Positions 25,708 to 40,353 of a stretch of 64,000 bases of DNA are shown piece by piece. Made by a program: the position numbers and the translations under genes. Source of the stretch: Octopus sinensis. Its lineage: Eukaryota. The DNA lies in the NCBI RefSeq assembly GCF_006345805.1, contig NC_043001.1, forward strand, positions 56,048,001-56,112,000, written 5' to 3'. Positions within the stretch are counted from its first letter, which is position 1. Every line of letters starts with the position of its first letter. The notes below the pieces were generated by a model, which worked only from the letters and a program-made list of their open reading frames with translations, made no database searches and was not told the origin of the DNA.

Positions 25708-25924
25708 CGAGAGGGCGCTGAAAAGTTCCTGGCTTTGGGTAGAAGAAAATACAGGAGGATCAGCTGATTATGATTTTATCCAACGTATATATTTCTCAGA
25801 TTCACACATTTATTGCAGCAGTCCTTCAGTTTTTCTAAGCACTGTAAAAGAATTTGGAAAGTCGGGCCTCCAACCAGGCTTTTTGCGATATCCTTAAAGC
25901 CAGGAACTTTTCAGCACCTCCTCG
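25708..25924. mobile_element. Mariner-derived MITE
   Basis: TA-cgagagggcgctgaaaagttcctggcttt ... aaagccaggaacttttcagcacctcctcg-TA. Confidence 0.9.
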
Positions 25925-26616
25925 TATGAAAAACAGAGTAGGGCACATCGGATAGTTTAGTCTGATATAAAATTACATTTGAATGGGATTAGTTAATTCA
26001 CAGATCTGCCAATTCAGTTACAATAACAAAGTATCTGAATAAAAGAAGACAGAATGGATCGCCTTTGATCACTAACCAATCAACCGTTCATGTCTGATGC
26101 TAATATTGATAGAAACAGTCGGAAAATGGAAAATGTTATATCAAGCGAATGATAAAAAGAGAAAAAAATTAACGACAGGAAAAGTTAGACTACATTTTCA
26201 GTCAGGAATTCAAAGTACGAGGACGCCCGTTCTCCTTTCTGATGTTAAACAGTATAAAGCTTGTTGATCGATGATAGGAACTGGTTGCGTGGTAGAATGA
26301 TTCTACCGTCTATCAGATGTTCGTTTTATCGTTCCCAAGCAAAACCACAGCAGGATAAATTTATCACTTTAGTGAAAAACATTTAATTGTTGTTAAACGG
26401 GTCTAGCTTGGGGGACGAAGGTATTTGGAATAGCTTTTAGTTGCTTTCATTTATCCCTGTATACAGATTACTTATATGTATAACATTGAAAAAGTAAATT
26501 TTGGCATCAATTTCACAATTATTATAAATGCAATTCTTTATGAACTGTATCAATGAGATACAATAAGGATATACGTTACCAAAACGTGTGTCTATACTTT
26601 CACTTTCACTTTCACA

Positions 26617-27054
26617 TGTACTTGTTTCAGTAATTAGAAGGAATCAACACCACTATTGATTAATTTTTAAAACCTGTTACTTATTCTATTGGCCCCGTTT
26701 GATGAACCACAAAGTTACAAGGACGTAAACACACCAACATCGCTTGTCAGATGGTGGGGTTCGGTGGGGGGATAATCACAGACAGACACACAAGCACACA
26801 AATACAGACAGACAAATACATACGCACATACACATACACACACACACTAATACTAGCACTCACCGACGCACAGAGAACTAGCACTCACACACGCACACAT
26901 ATATTTGCGACGGGCTTCTTTCAGTCTCCGTCTATCAAAGGCATGCACACAACACTTTGGTTGTCATGAGGCAAGTTACTCACACAAAGTGCTGCGCAGT
27001 GGGACTGAACCCGGATGCATGTGGTTGGGAAGCAAGTTTCTTACTACACAGCCA
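26617..27054 (-). mobile_element. SINE family A, diverged copy
   Basis: Reverse-complement match over both halves. Confidence 0.75.
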
Positions 27055-27724
27055 GTCATATATGTATGTGTGTATGTGTGTGTGTATATATAATATATAT
27101 ATTTACTTATTTATATATTTATATACACGTACTTATGTGTATGTATATATATAATTATATACACGTACGTATGCGTATATATATATAATATATATATATG
27201 TACGTATATACGTACATATGTATACGTGCATTCTTACCTACACACGTACATACTCTCATACATACATACATACATACATACATACAGACAGACAGACATA
27301 CATACATACACACATATACACAAGCATACATAAATATATACATACATACGTGTATACATACATGCTTGCACGCATACATAATTTTAGTGTCAATCTACCA
27401 AATCCATTCAGAGGCTTTTGCTCGGCCCTGGGGTATAGTAGAAGACATTTGCTCTAAGTGTCTATCCACGCTTCTACATGTATGTGGGTTTGCATAAAAT
27501 CACATACACACACAACATATTCACACAAATGTCCGTACACATACATGCATAACGTGTTCGACCATTTCCCCTAAACCTTTCCGATAGTTATCTCGCTTAT
27601 CTCCCTCAGTTTTCCACTTTTAGCTTCAAAACATTATCCTGTACAATTCTACCACCTAATATGCAGCTGCACTAAATTTGACTGTTTTCTGAACTTTGCA
27701 TCTTTTTAGCTTTTCTTTTCTCTT

Positions 27725-27765
27725 TCTTTCTTGATGAATGATTGCGGTCCGAAACGGTAAATTGC
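27725..27765 (+). ncRNA. Decayed minimal hammerhead-like motif
   Basis: ttgatga-a-tga-ttgcgg-tcc-gaaa-cgg-ta after a pyrimidine-rich tract. Confidence 0.35.
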
Positions 27766-29299
27766 ACTCTATCCTTTACTCACGGTGTAATTATATACTC
27801 TGTACTAATCATTGTTTTGTTATTCTTGGGACTCTAATAATTGAAGAATTACTTAACCATAGTTGACCACACACACACACACACACACGCACACATAACA
27901 GATCAATTGAAAGAAAATTTAAGACTTAGAGAGAAATTAAAACAGAGAGAGAGAGAGAGAGAGAGATGGAGAGAGAGAGAAAGAGAGAAGAAGAGAGAGA
28001 TTAAGGGAGGATAAATAAACGAGACGTGGGGAAATAAAGGAAGGAGAGAAAGACAAAAACAAAGGAAGCAAGGAAGGAAGACAGAAAGAAAGAAAGACAG
28101 AGGGACAGAAGACAGAAAGAAACAATGAAAGAAGAGAGATTAGTAGGAAGGGAATGATGAATTGTGGGCAGGACGGAAAACAAGAGAAGGTAGGAAAGGT
28201 GTACGGGGTGGAGGGTAGTCTGGAGTGGAAGTGAGATGGTAACTGAGCAGATGAGTGAAACAGTGCGTGTTTAATATATAATGTTAGAAACGCTACCGCG
28301 TTTTCGCTCTGAAAGAAAGCGTCGGTGCGTGCAAGAACATGCGTGTGTGATTACAGAGCCTTGGACTGATTGAAATAAGGTTGTTGTTGTCGTTGTTGTT
28401 GTTGTTACCATTGTCCTTCGTTCATTACTATTGTTGTTATTGCTTATTGTTAATGTTATTTGCTGTTGTTGCTGAGTGTATTTCTGTTCCAATTCTCTTT
28501 GTTTATTGCAGTCGCTACCGTTATTACCATTGATGTGTCTATTGTTTTTGTCATATCGTATTAGTTTTATGTACGTGGCTATATATTTACTCGTATGTAT
28601 GTAGTACGTAGTATGTATATGTGTACGTCTGTGTGTATATAGTGTATATAACTCAAATACATAAGCGTACATATTTACACACATACACATAAATGTACTC
28701 GTGTATACATACCTATATACATACATACAAACATACATATACATACATACATACATATATATAATATATATATATATATATTATATATATATATGTGTGT
28801 GGTGTGTGTGTGTGTGTAAATTAACGTGTGTATACATATACATACATACACACACACACACACATATATATATACACACCCACACATATAAAACGTAGGA
28901 TGTATATATGTTTCTATGTATGTATGTATGTATGTATGGATGGATGTATTTATGTATGTATGGATGTATTTATGCATGCATGTATGTATATATGTATATA
29001 CATTTATGTGTGTGTGTTTTTGTGTGTACACACACATGTATATGATGATGTATATATGTAGCCATATATTTATAATATATTATCTACCCCACCTCATTAT
29101 TTGTCTCTCTCTGGACATACATACATACAGACACACACAGGCACACACACACACACATATACATACATACATATATGTGATTAGGTTACTTCTCCACGAA
29201 ACGACTCCGGGTTGGAGCCCCTGCACCATACCTTTTGCAAGTGTATACTTGTCTAAAAAGCAGCTAACAATTTACCTCCTCAATGCTAGAAAATACTTC

Positions 29300-29960
29300 T
29301 AAGTGTTAGTATTGTCTCCAGCAACATATTTTGTAGATGATGTTGCTACGTAAGCTTTGTTACCAATTTCCTAGGAAAGAGCCCCAGAAAAGCTATCTCC
29401 GCTACGATGGAAGTAGGCGGAATAGTATCGAAGGCAATAAACAGTTTCTGTTAGTGAACAGTTCTATATAAAGTAATTTCGGACATTTCCATATCTTTGA
29501 GAATATCTTTTAGATCTTAGAATGACTGAATGCTCTCTTGATTGTTTTCAAGAACTCTGTTAATGGCAACAATTAATACCTGCATTAGAGAAGTTTCTTT
29601 TGATGAATTGGTGCTTCAGTTATCATAAGTTTCGAAATAGAAGAAAGGCATTCTTTTGTCAAAGCTGTGAACGATCTATTATACAGCTTCTTTGCCATAT
29701 TTTGCCTGAAGTTTCTGAGGCAAGATTAGAAATGAGTTAAGTGAATTCAAAATAAAGCAAAGTCATCAAAATACTTCAACAGTTCAGATTTTTATTAATT
29801 TGTTCTTCGATTATTTTCTTGGTATATTCTTCCAGTAAGAGAGTCATTAGACCAGTTTATCCTTTCAGTTCTTAAAGACAAAAACAGATATGACTTCTGT
29901 GGAGATTGATGTTGCATCTCTTCTACCTAAATTTTCAATTCCATTGTTCTTATCTTTTTT
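29300..29960 (-). pseudogene. Very decayed Penelope-like RT remnant
   Basis: Minus strand YFDDFALF-like motif (tgaagtattttgatgactttgc) in A-rich coding-like DNA. Confidence 0.35.
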
Positions 29961-29989
29961 TTGTGTGTAAATTCTTTTATCGCTTTATC

Positions 29990-30430
<441 letters not shown>

Positions 30431-30499
30431 ACTGTATAGAGTATATTTGTATAGAGTTCTCTATACAAATATACATGTTTTAAAAGAAATGAATGTTCA

Positions 30500-31400
30500 T
30501 GTTCATGGTTCTTGCTTTCTAATGCCTAAAACTCGAAATCATTAAATAAAAGGGTTTGAAAATGAAAAAGAGAAATTGGGATCTATTCCTGGGAAAACTT
30601 TCGAGAACCTGGTGTTTGTTATTTTGTTTTAGACTCCCGATTTTTTTCGGAATGATAAATTCCAGAAATTGAGAAACCATAATCAACACTTGTAGCTTCA
30701 CAGGTTATTTTAATGCTGGCATCTTTTAAACCTTCCTTTACTGGTACCTTCCTCTTGCTAAAAATCGTCATAGAAAATTTCAGCTTTCGCCTGGATGACC
30801 ATTGTGTTTATCGGCACAATGCTAATACAGCAGCTTGAATAGCGTTAAATTCATTGGCTGCAAAGTCGAGAGGTTGCTTTCTATCGATCGTAGCTATTGC
30901 AATACAGCTTTTAAGGAACATGAATCGTTCTAAGATTCCACAAAACTATTCCCTCATGTCTTAGTACCATTGATTAATTGACATTCATAACCTTACACTT
31001 CTTTAACATATTTCTGAAATATTTCATTTTCTGTTGGAAATCAACGAAATGAACAGACAATTGTTCTCAATTTTTAATGATATTGCCAATGACTAAATTT
31101 TCTTAAGTGGAAAGGTCTTGTGAAATAGGAATTATTTCACCAAGTCCAGTTTACTGCAGATCGATATAATTAGTAATCACATTTGTAAATTCAGAATCTA
31201 CCTTATGATCATCATCGAATTTACCTTCAAAGTCGTCTTCATCGATGAAAGGTTCATTAGTGAAATTCGCTTCATCATAATTTGATTCAAATTTTTTTTC
31301 TATCGTAAATAATGTTAGAAACAAACAAATGAAGTACATGTGCATAAAACAATTGTTTTTTAGCAAAATGTGCCACGAACTTGCTACATCAGTGAGAAGG
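30500..31400 (-). pseudogene. Possible piggyBac-like transposase remnant
   Basis: Acidic N-terminal stretch (DEDDFEGKFDDD) followed by LERFMFL..CI and GSLKQN, echoing piggyBac motifs; many stops. Confidence 0.4.
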
Positions 31401-31691
31401 GCAACATATTTTATCAATATCAAGGTTGAATTCAAGAAGATTCAGTTATATTTTCAGCAGGTCCTTTCATAAATTGGTGGTCATTCTTGAAATTTTACCA
31501 GATTAGCGTGCTTTTATATTCAATTGTCTTTGACTACGCATAGATGAATAATAACCTAAAGTAACACTGATTTTTAAAAATCAGTTCTTTTAGTTATTAC
31601 ACAAAACAAATATATTTCAAATTGTACTGAGATATAATTATCTTCCTTAAATGTAAACTATATCAAAGATTTATCTGTAATAGCTTTCAAG

Positions 31692-32897
31692 TACGTGGAT
31701 GGGCTGAAAAGTTCATAGGCTGACTATAAAGGAGTGATGTTAGAGCTGATAAATACTGCATGCACTAATTTCAACTCTTCTTATTAACAACTGCATTGTT
31801 TCTTTCCAGGTAAACCGACATCTTTTCAAAGAACACTTCAAAAGTAACTGGTAGCAACAGTAGATATGACGTCATCCTCACTGCGACACTGATTCTCAGC
31901 CAAGTACAGAGGATAGTCAAATGGAACCAAATCAGGAGAGTAGGGTGATCAACCATTACAAAACCACAGTCACACACAGCAGCCATTCAACTGAGGGACT
32001 TGTGTACTGGTGCATTTTCCTGATGAAAAATATAACTTCGCCGGTTTTCCTGGACGTTTGGTATTGATAGCCTTTTGTTACTGCCTCAGCAAGTTGACAT
32101 AATACTCTCCGTTGATGGTGTGGCCATTTTGAAGATAGTCAATAAACACCATGCTTTTTGGATCCCCAAAAAGTTGAAGCCTTCCTTGTAGATGAAATGA
32201 CCTTGACCTTCTTTGGATTTGTGAGGAGAGGTGTTTCCACTGCATTGTCACTGTCTCTGGCTCGAGTGATGAACCCGACACTCATCCTGGGTTAGGGAAA
32301 ATTCAAGGAAATAAGCTGGATCTGTCTCAAAGAATGTCAGATTTTTCCGTGTTGTGATGAGCTTATGGGCTTCTGATCAGGTGTCAGAGGGTATGGCAGC
32401 CCGAGTAGAAACCTTCGTCATGCCAAGATCATTGTGCAAAAATATTCTCAACTCATGGGAGATGTTAACAGCATTGCTAATTGATTCATTGTGAATCACC
32501 CGTCATTCACCACCACGTGGTGAACACGATCAATGTGTTACTCGGTGGTGGCAGCTCTAGGACATCCAGACCTTGGGTCACCTTCAAGACTCTCCCTTCC
32601 CCTTCAGAATTCCACTTCCCACTTTTACACTACTGATAAAGTTTGAGAGTTAACTCCTAATGTAGCAAGTATGTCAGCATGAATGTCCTTGGGCTAAACC
32701 CTTTTGCTCCATTTTCTAAGAGAAGTCGCTACCAGTTACTTTTGAAGTGTTCTTTGAACAGTCAGATGTCAGAATACTTAGAAAGAAACAATGCAGATAT
32801 TGTATTAATAAGGATTGAAATTCAAGCATGCAACATTTCACAGTTTTAGCATCACTCCTTCGTAGTCAGCCTATGAACCTTTCAGCCCACCCTAGAA
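31692..32897 (-). mobile_element. Mariner transposon with long (~170 bp) inverted termini, defective
   Basis: gggctgaaaagttcataggctgacta...aagaacacttcaaaagtaactggtagc mirrored at 32728-32895; translation TQDE..MQWKH..VFIDYLQNGHTINGEYYVNLL. Confidence 0.85.
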
Positions 32898-33359
32898 AAA
32901 TCGCTTTTAACAATTGAAGTCATGAAAAATTCAGATTAACTATTTTAATTATTGTTATTAAATGCGTGTTCTATTAAGATGAGTTGAATTCAAAATGTTG
33001 ACCGACAAGATATTGACATGTCAGTTTTTAAGCAAAAAAGAAATTATATTCAATTATATTTTGGTGATAAAATCTTAGCATTTACTTTACAATATTTACA
33101 ATTGATTGATACATGATACAAAATAATTTTTCAATGTAGAAGTTGAGTGATGAAAATTGTCTTTTCTAACTTGAAGCGGAAAATATATGTAGCTTCCAGC
33201 TACAATAAACGGAATTTACCCATACTTGGTGTATAAGAGACTGACTAGGCTTTTCCCAGAAAATTCTCGATGTTCTGGCGGTAATTTAGGCACGGAAACA
33301 AAGTTTTTTTCTTTAGGCTAACACACTTACACACAGGCTGATGTCAGAAATGCTTTGTA

Positions 33360-33760
33360 AAATATTGGTTTCAAATATTGGCACAAGACCAGCAATTTCG
33401 GGAGATTACATCGACCCCAGTGCTTAACTGGTGCTTATTTTATTGACCCTGAGAGGATGAAAGTTAAAGTCGACCTCGGTTGAATTTGAACTCAGAATGT
33501 AAAGACAGACGAAATGCAACTGAGCATTTTGTCCGGCGTGATAACGATTCTGCCAGTTCACAGCCTCATGCTTGGCTAAAAATCACAATACAGACGCAGG
33601 TATGACTGTGTAGTAAGAAGCTTGCTTCCCAACAACATGGTTCCGGGTTCAGACCCACTCACTGCACTGCACCTTTGGCAAGTGTTTTCTACTCTAACCT
33701 CTATCCAATCAAAGTCTTATGAGTGAATGCTACACGGAAACAGAAAGAAGCCCGCCATAT
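33360..33760. mobile_element. SINE B (-, 33360-33562) head-to-head with SINE A head (+, 33593-33760)
   Basis: Homology with other copies. Confidence 0.8.
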
Positions 33761-34411
33761 ACATATACAAAGGAAAAAGTACTGGAATCAATTCATTCGA
33801 CTAAAAATCCTTCAGTTAACCACCAAACACAATCTTCAGTCTATTTTGCAAAATAGTTTAACGCCACCCATCTTGACTTGAGACAGTTTCTTTTAATAGC
33901 TTTGGTAAGATTCCCATAAAGAAGTTTATTTTCTGTTGCTGAATTCTTTTGGAAAGAAGACTTTCTATTTGAATTGTATTAATTTGTGAGAAAATATCTT
34001 TGTGAACGATCTATAAATTGCATGAAAGACAGCTTCTTGAACCACACAAGCACTTTAAGACCGTCCTACCATTTTACAATTCATTTTTGAATAATACGGC
34101 CAAGAATTTAGGACTCGAGAATCCTAGTAAATACAGAATAACACACACATACATACGTACGCCCGTCCGCCTGCCCGCCCGCACGCACACACACACACAC
34201 ACGCGCACACATACACATGCACACGTGCATACACATATGCACATCGTCTTCTGATTTAACATCACCAGCGAATGCCTGAGTGCGCTTAGTAGAGTACGCT
34301 CCTTGGTAAGCATTCGAACCAGGTATCCGGTTTGAAGATGTTCTCCCTCCCTTTCTTGATCATTCTCTTCCTTTCTGAGTAAGATACAAAAGACGCACAT
34401 GAATACACAAG

Positions 34412-34455
<44 letters not shown>

Positions 34456-34469
34456 TATTTCTCTCGAGA

Positions 34470-34658
34470 TAGGCGGCGAGCTGGCAGAATCGTTAACACG
34501 TTCAAATTCCTCCGAGGTCGACTTTGCTTTTCATCCTTTCGGGGTCGATAAATTAAGTACCAGTTACGCACTGGAGTCGATGTAATCGACTTAATCCCTT
34601 TGTCTGTCCTTGTTTGTCCCCTCTATATTCAGCCCCTGTGGGCAATAAATAAATAAGA
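34470..34658 (+). mobile_element. SINE family B with internal deletion
   Basis: aggcggcgagctggcagaatcgttaacacg joined directly to ttcaaattcctccgaggtcgac. Confidence 0.8.
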
Positions 34659-34739
34659 AGCTATCTCCCTTCTCTCGCGCGCACTGTCTTAAATGGTCCT
34701 ACCTAGTTAGAAGATGATACATTGTCATGAAACCTATGT

Positions 34740-35737
34740 TTGGCATTGTCTTGTCTTGAAGACGCTGTCAAAGTTGTTACTCCTGTGTATTGCGCCAAAG
34801 TAGATAGTGTTTATTTTTGTCGCCATTGCCAGTAAGGCAGTTTTTGCCTAAAAGGCTATATGAAATACTGTTGGATTTACGGTTGTTTAACTTTGATATG
34901 TGGTTTAGGCTGTTTAGATAGTTTTTAAGGTTAAACTCAACTAAATTTGTTCATTTTTATTAGAACATGGTTTTTTATACGTTGTTCTTATGGATTAATA
35001 TGTGATGTCGTCAAAGGGGACGTACTTTTGTAGGATTTTGAGTAACAGAGCAGTAATTGATGTAGGAATTGTTGGCTGAACGGTGAATTAAACCAAGCAA
35101 TCATTTGCTTCTATTTGTAGTTCTCATTGAGATATTGATGTTATGTTATTAGTGTGTCGTAGTTTGATTTTATAACTGCTATTGTGTAATGCTACATTCT
35201 AAGGTGCATCAATTTCATCAACTTTAGATTCGTTAGGGGGTAAATTAGAATGTTTTAGAGATATGTTCTTTATGAGGATTTGGTTTAACCTAGGCATTGT
35301 TGAAGGACTTACTTATGTATCATATTTCTTCATTTTCTGCCTAGAAGGGCTGATAGGTGTAAGATTCTAAATTTAAGTTCAGATCTAGAAATTTGATGTC
35401 TTTCTTTTAAGTAGTGTATATATTGTCACAAAAGTGGATTGGGTTTATAAAGAAGAAATTGAAGTTCGTTCTAAATTTGGAGGTTTCGTTTTCTTTTAGG
35501 TTGAAGCTTCTCAGAAGGAATTGGCTGCCGTTTCTATAAAAGTGACTTGAAACAAAAAGATAAATTTTGTATACAAAGGTGATACAATATAGAGCCCAAT
35601 CATATCACAACTGTACGTGAGACTTTTAATTCCTCGTTAATATCAAAATAATACATACATGCATGTATACATACATATACATACATATGCACACGCATGC
35701 ACACCCGCATGCAGATACACCACAGAGACACACACAC

Positions 35738-35816
<79 letters not shown>

Positions 35817-36580
35817 CAGTGTCGCGTAGTGCTGTTTTACCAAGTAGTGGTAAATTCAAGTGTTGAGACTGGACATTTGTATGCTGGTCAGTGATATCCC
35901 TCCACAAGGCAGTTAAGAGAGTAAGCTCTCATGCTGGCAACTTTCCTCAGAGTTGCCCAGACAGCAGTATGCTAGACTTTATTACGGAGATTGTCAAATA
36001 TTTATGTATTCAATGTTTTAGACTGTCCTTTGCTTTTCATGATTTATTGATTTTTCCAAAACTTTTCATTTTCCAAGCTTGATATAAAATAAGTAAGTTT
36101 TTATCAATATAGTAAAATGTTTTGGCATTTCTAGAGTTAAATGTCGATACATGTAGTGAAACTTTTTTTTCTCAGTTTTAGCTTTTACTTAGATTTTGAA
36201 AATTTATATGTTTTGCCCTTTCTGTTCCATTTGAAACCAGACTTAGTGGAAATGCTCTTTGAATAGGCATGTTTTACAATTCGTCTACTCTTTGATCTTA
36301 TTTCGTAAGATTCGATATTGTTGTGCAAGTTCTTTTTGGTGGGTTGAATAGAATTTTCATTTTTGTATGCGTAAGTTGAGAGGATGTGAAGAGAATCAAT
36401 CTCTCTGCCTACCTCTTTTCATGATTAAAATTCCTAAAATGGTTGTTCCTTTAGGTTGAATTCTGTCGTGAATTTAATATTAAGGGTTATATTAATAATC
36501 AGACTTTTAAATTCGATAAGTTTATCAAGATTATCCTGTCCACCAAAACTGAAACAGTAATCTAGATATCATTTTCAGTT
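34740..36580 (-). pseudogene. Decayed Penelope-like element (RT and GIY-YIG region), interrupted by (CA)n
   Basis: Minus strand IKFLDLNLNLESYTYQPF*AENEEI*YISKS resembles the PLE motif FLDVTLNL..YKPYRKPN..YI. Confidence 0.55.
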
Positions 36581-36597
36581 ATTTCTTCTATATGTAT

Positions 36598-36782
36598 AGG
36601 CGCAGGAGTGGCTGTGTGGCGAGTAGCTTGCTTACCAACCACATGGTTCCGGGTTCAGTCCCACTGCGTGGCACCTTGGGCAAGAGTCTTCTACTATAGC
36701 CCCGGGCCGACCAAAGCATTGTGAGTGGATTTGGTAGATGGAAACTAAAAGAAGCCTGTCGTATATATATACACACACACAC

Positions 36783-36827
<45 letters not shown>

Positions 36828-37040
36828 GTGTGTTTGTGTGTATATGTTTGTCACCCAACATCGCTTGACAACCGATGCTGGTGTGTTTGCGTCCTCGTAA
36901 CTTAGCGGTTCGGCAAAAGAGCCCGATAGAATAAGTACTAGTCTTACAAAGAATAAGTCCTGGGGTCGATTTGCTCGACTACAGTCGGTGCTCCAGCATG
37001 GCAGCAGTTAAAATGACTGAAACAAGTAAAAAGAGGGTAA
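36598..37040 (+). mobile_element. SINE family A, near-consensus full copy
   Basis: ggcgcaggagtggctgtgtgg...aatgactgaaacaagtaaaaagag. Confidence 0.9.
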
Positions 37041-37049
37041 AGATAGTAT

Positions 37050-37740
37050 GTATAAAATATTTCCAAATATTTGTAAAGATTCATCAAATATTTACTTCTC
37101 ACGAAGACCCATTATTAAATTGGCATAAGTAGCGGCTAATGCAGTGCTCCCTGTATTTCTTGATATTTGCAGGCTCATTGATTCATCGAATATGAAAGAA
37201 CTGTTTTGTAATATGAATCTTAGTCCACAACTGATGAAGTTTTTCTCAATACATTCTTTTTTTTGTGACCCCCTTCGGTCATGAATGACCATGATTTTGC
37301 ACCTAGAAAGTTACCCTCCGAAGTACAAGTCTGGGCAAGGTTGTTTATGGAAGACCAGTAGTCGCCCACGCATACCAGCCTCCCATCTCCACGCAACCAA
37401 TGTTATCCAAGGGAAAGGCAAAGGCTTTAGGTGTTTTTCGCTCAATAAACACTCACAACGCCCGGTTTGGGAATCGAAACCGCGATCCTACGACCGCGAG
37501 ACCGCTGCCCTAACCATTGGGCCATTGCGCCTCCACAATACATTCTTAGTAACTTAAATTGGAACGTATTAAACCAATATTTAATCACATTAATTCCATA
37601 GACATTCGAATGAATGTGACTCCAATATGTCATAGTTTTTCGTAGGTTAGTTTTTGAAATGGTGAATCTCCGTTAAAGTTCTGTACTACTATCTTAGATT
37701 TTTCTTATGAAGCAGTTAAACATAATTACAAACATTTTAT
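37050..37740 (-). pseudogene. Penelope-like RT fragment split by a SINE
   Basis: FISCGLRFILQNSSFIFD..LQI..ALAATYANLIMG resembles PLE FILxNNxFxF..GTAMG..APTYANLxMG. Confidence 0.7.
37259..37535 (-). mobile_element. tRNA(Arg)-like-headed SINE with 12 bp TSD
   Basis: TSD caatacattctt at 37247-37258 and 37536-37547; boxes A and B on minus strand. Confidence 0.85.
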
Positions 37741-37774
37741 TTTAAATATTTTTAATATGTATCAAGTATACAGC

Positions 37775-37965
37775 GGCGGTCGAAATGCTTAGCAATATTT
37801 CGTCCGTTTTTATGTTCTGAGTTCAAATTCCGCCGAGGTCGACTTTGCCTTTCATCCTTTCGGGGCCAATTAAAAAAGTACCAATTGAACATTAGAGTCG
37901 ATCTAATCCACTTAGCACTCCTCCCCTCCGAAATTGCTAGCCCTGTGCCAAAATTTGAAACCACT
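37775..37965 (+). mobile_element. SINE family B copy
   Basis: gaaatgcttagc...gttcaaattccgccgaggtcgactttgcctttcatcc. Confidence 0.8.
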
Positions 37966-39540
37966 ATTTATCAATTATCTTCGGTATAGTCACCGATACG
38001 TTTTGTTTTGAAAATTTTCTTTTTTATTTTTTTCTCTTGTGTGATATGGTTCAGAGGTATACGAGAATATTCGAAAATGTTTATGAAAAAATACTTGCAA
38101 AATCTATAAAATTTGCAGAATCTGTAAAATTCTGCCAGTTCACCGCCTAGAACTAATATTATATTGTCTGCAAAATAGTTTCATAAAATCTTTCATGTAT
38201 TTTCATTTACTTGTAGAATCACATCACAATGAAAAAAATAAGAAATAAAAAATAAAAATAAAAATAAAATAAAAAAACGGAATGTTGGAAATAGTCTATG
38301 TTTAGAGAATAGATAAATATTAAATACATTAAAAAGTAAAAAAAAAATATTTAAAGAGAATTAATTTCGATTATAAGTGAGAGGGAAAGACAGAGATAAA
38401 GAGAGAGAGAGAGAAAGAGTAAAGAGAAAAAGAAAAAGTGTGAAAGGTGGAGGAAAGAGAGGGCAGTTTAGAACATTACGAAACAAAGATATTAACTTGA
38501 AAAGAATAGCCAATGAAAAATGACTTTATACAGAATAAAATAATTATTTCCTATTCTTAACGGTCGCAGAAAATCAACAGAGAATGAAGAAAATCACATA
38601 CGCATTAGTGGCCTTCCTATCCACCATATACGTATGTATGAATGAATGAATGAATGAATGAATGAATGAATGTATGTATGTATGTATGTATGTATGTATG
38701 TATGTATGTATGTATGTATGTATGCTTGCATGTATGTATATATGTACACACTTACGCGCGCGCCCCCCACTCAACACACATACACACATATATATACATA
38801 TATATATATATAATATATTATATTATATATATATATATATATTATATATATATATATATTATATAATATATATATATGTATATATATACACATGTATATA
38901 TATATATATACACACATACATATATGTGTGTGTGTGTTTGTGTATATATCTTATTGAAAACATTTAGCAAAAGAAAAGTAAAGAAAAAAAAACAAACAAT
39001 AAAATATTTTGTTTCGTTCGAAGCTGCGCCAGGGACTAATTAGATTGAAGGTATTGTTCCATTAGATATAATTCGATATATAGAGAGATAGGCATACAAA
39101 CAGACAGAGAATTGAGCAAAACAGATAGCTAGACGGAGGGTATTTGGTGGTGACATTGTTAGTAATAATGCCGGTGGTATTGGAGATGGTGGTGGTGAAA
39201 ATAATGCTGTCGCCTCTATCGCTGCCACTGCTGCTGCTGCTGCTGGTGATGATGATGATGATGACTATACTGTCGATGAAGGTTATTATGATTATGGTTA
39301 TGATGGCGGTGCTAAGGTGGCGGATATGGGATAGGAGTTGAAATGTGATGGTATCATGTTGGTGATACTGATGGAGAGATTCGATGGAGGATGTTGTGGT
39401 AATCGTGACGCTCACCACCACCAGTCTACTTCGATTTTGCTTTATCTGATATATATGTATAGATCAATATCTTAATGCACACAAACACACCCATAAATAA
39501 ATAAATAAATAAATAAATAAATATATATATATATATATAT

Positions 39541-39706
39541 AGGCGGAGGAGTGGCTGTGTGGTAGGTAGCTTGCTTACGAACCACATGGGTCCGGGCTCA
39601 GTCCCACTGCGTGGTACCTTGGGCAAGTGTCTTCTACTATAGCCTCGGGCCGACCAAACCCTTGTGAGTGGATTTGGTAGACAGAAACTGAAAGAAGCCC
39701 GTCGTA

Positions 39707-39753
<47 letters not shown>

Positions 39754-39973
39754 ATATACTCACATATATATATATGTGTGTGTGCATATGTTTGTGTGTC
39801 TGTATTTGTCCCACCCCAACCGATGCTGGTGTGTTTACGTCCCCGTAACTTAGCGGTTCGGCAAAAGTGACAGATAAAATAAGTACTAAGCTTACAAAGA
39901 ATGGGGTCGATTTGCTTGACTAAAGGCGGTGCTCCAGCAAGGCCACAGTCAAATGACTGAAACAAGTAAAAGT
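39541..39973 (+). mobile_element. SINE family A full copy
   Basis: Both halves plus internal (TA)n. Confidence 0.9.
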
Positions 39974-40016
39974 GTAATGAATGTAATACACACACACACA
40001 CACACATATATTTATT

Positions 40017-40054
<38 letters not shown>

Positions 40055-40353
40055 CCATATATATATACATTCATATTTATATACATATGTGTACACAAAC
40101 ACACAGATTAATTAGCACAACCTATCTAACCTGGCAGTGTGGTTCATAACGCTGTAAACTGTGGTGAACTTCCTGAAATACCATTTCGCGTAGACGACAA
40201 ATGCTAACAAGCATCAAAATTCTATATCAGCTGACCAAATTGCGTCAACACCGTGATGACTGGCCTTGTGTTAATGTCAAGTTGGGTGAATCTGCTGGGT
40301 GCCTTCTTTCGATACCCTTTTACCACTTGCTGATGGCAATATTGCCCTAATCC

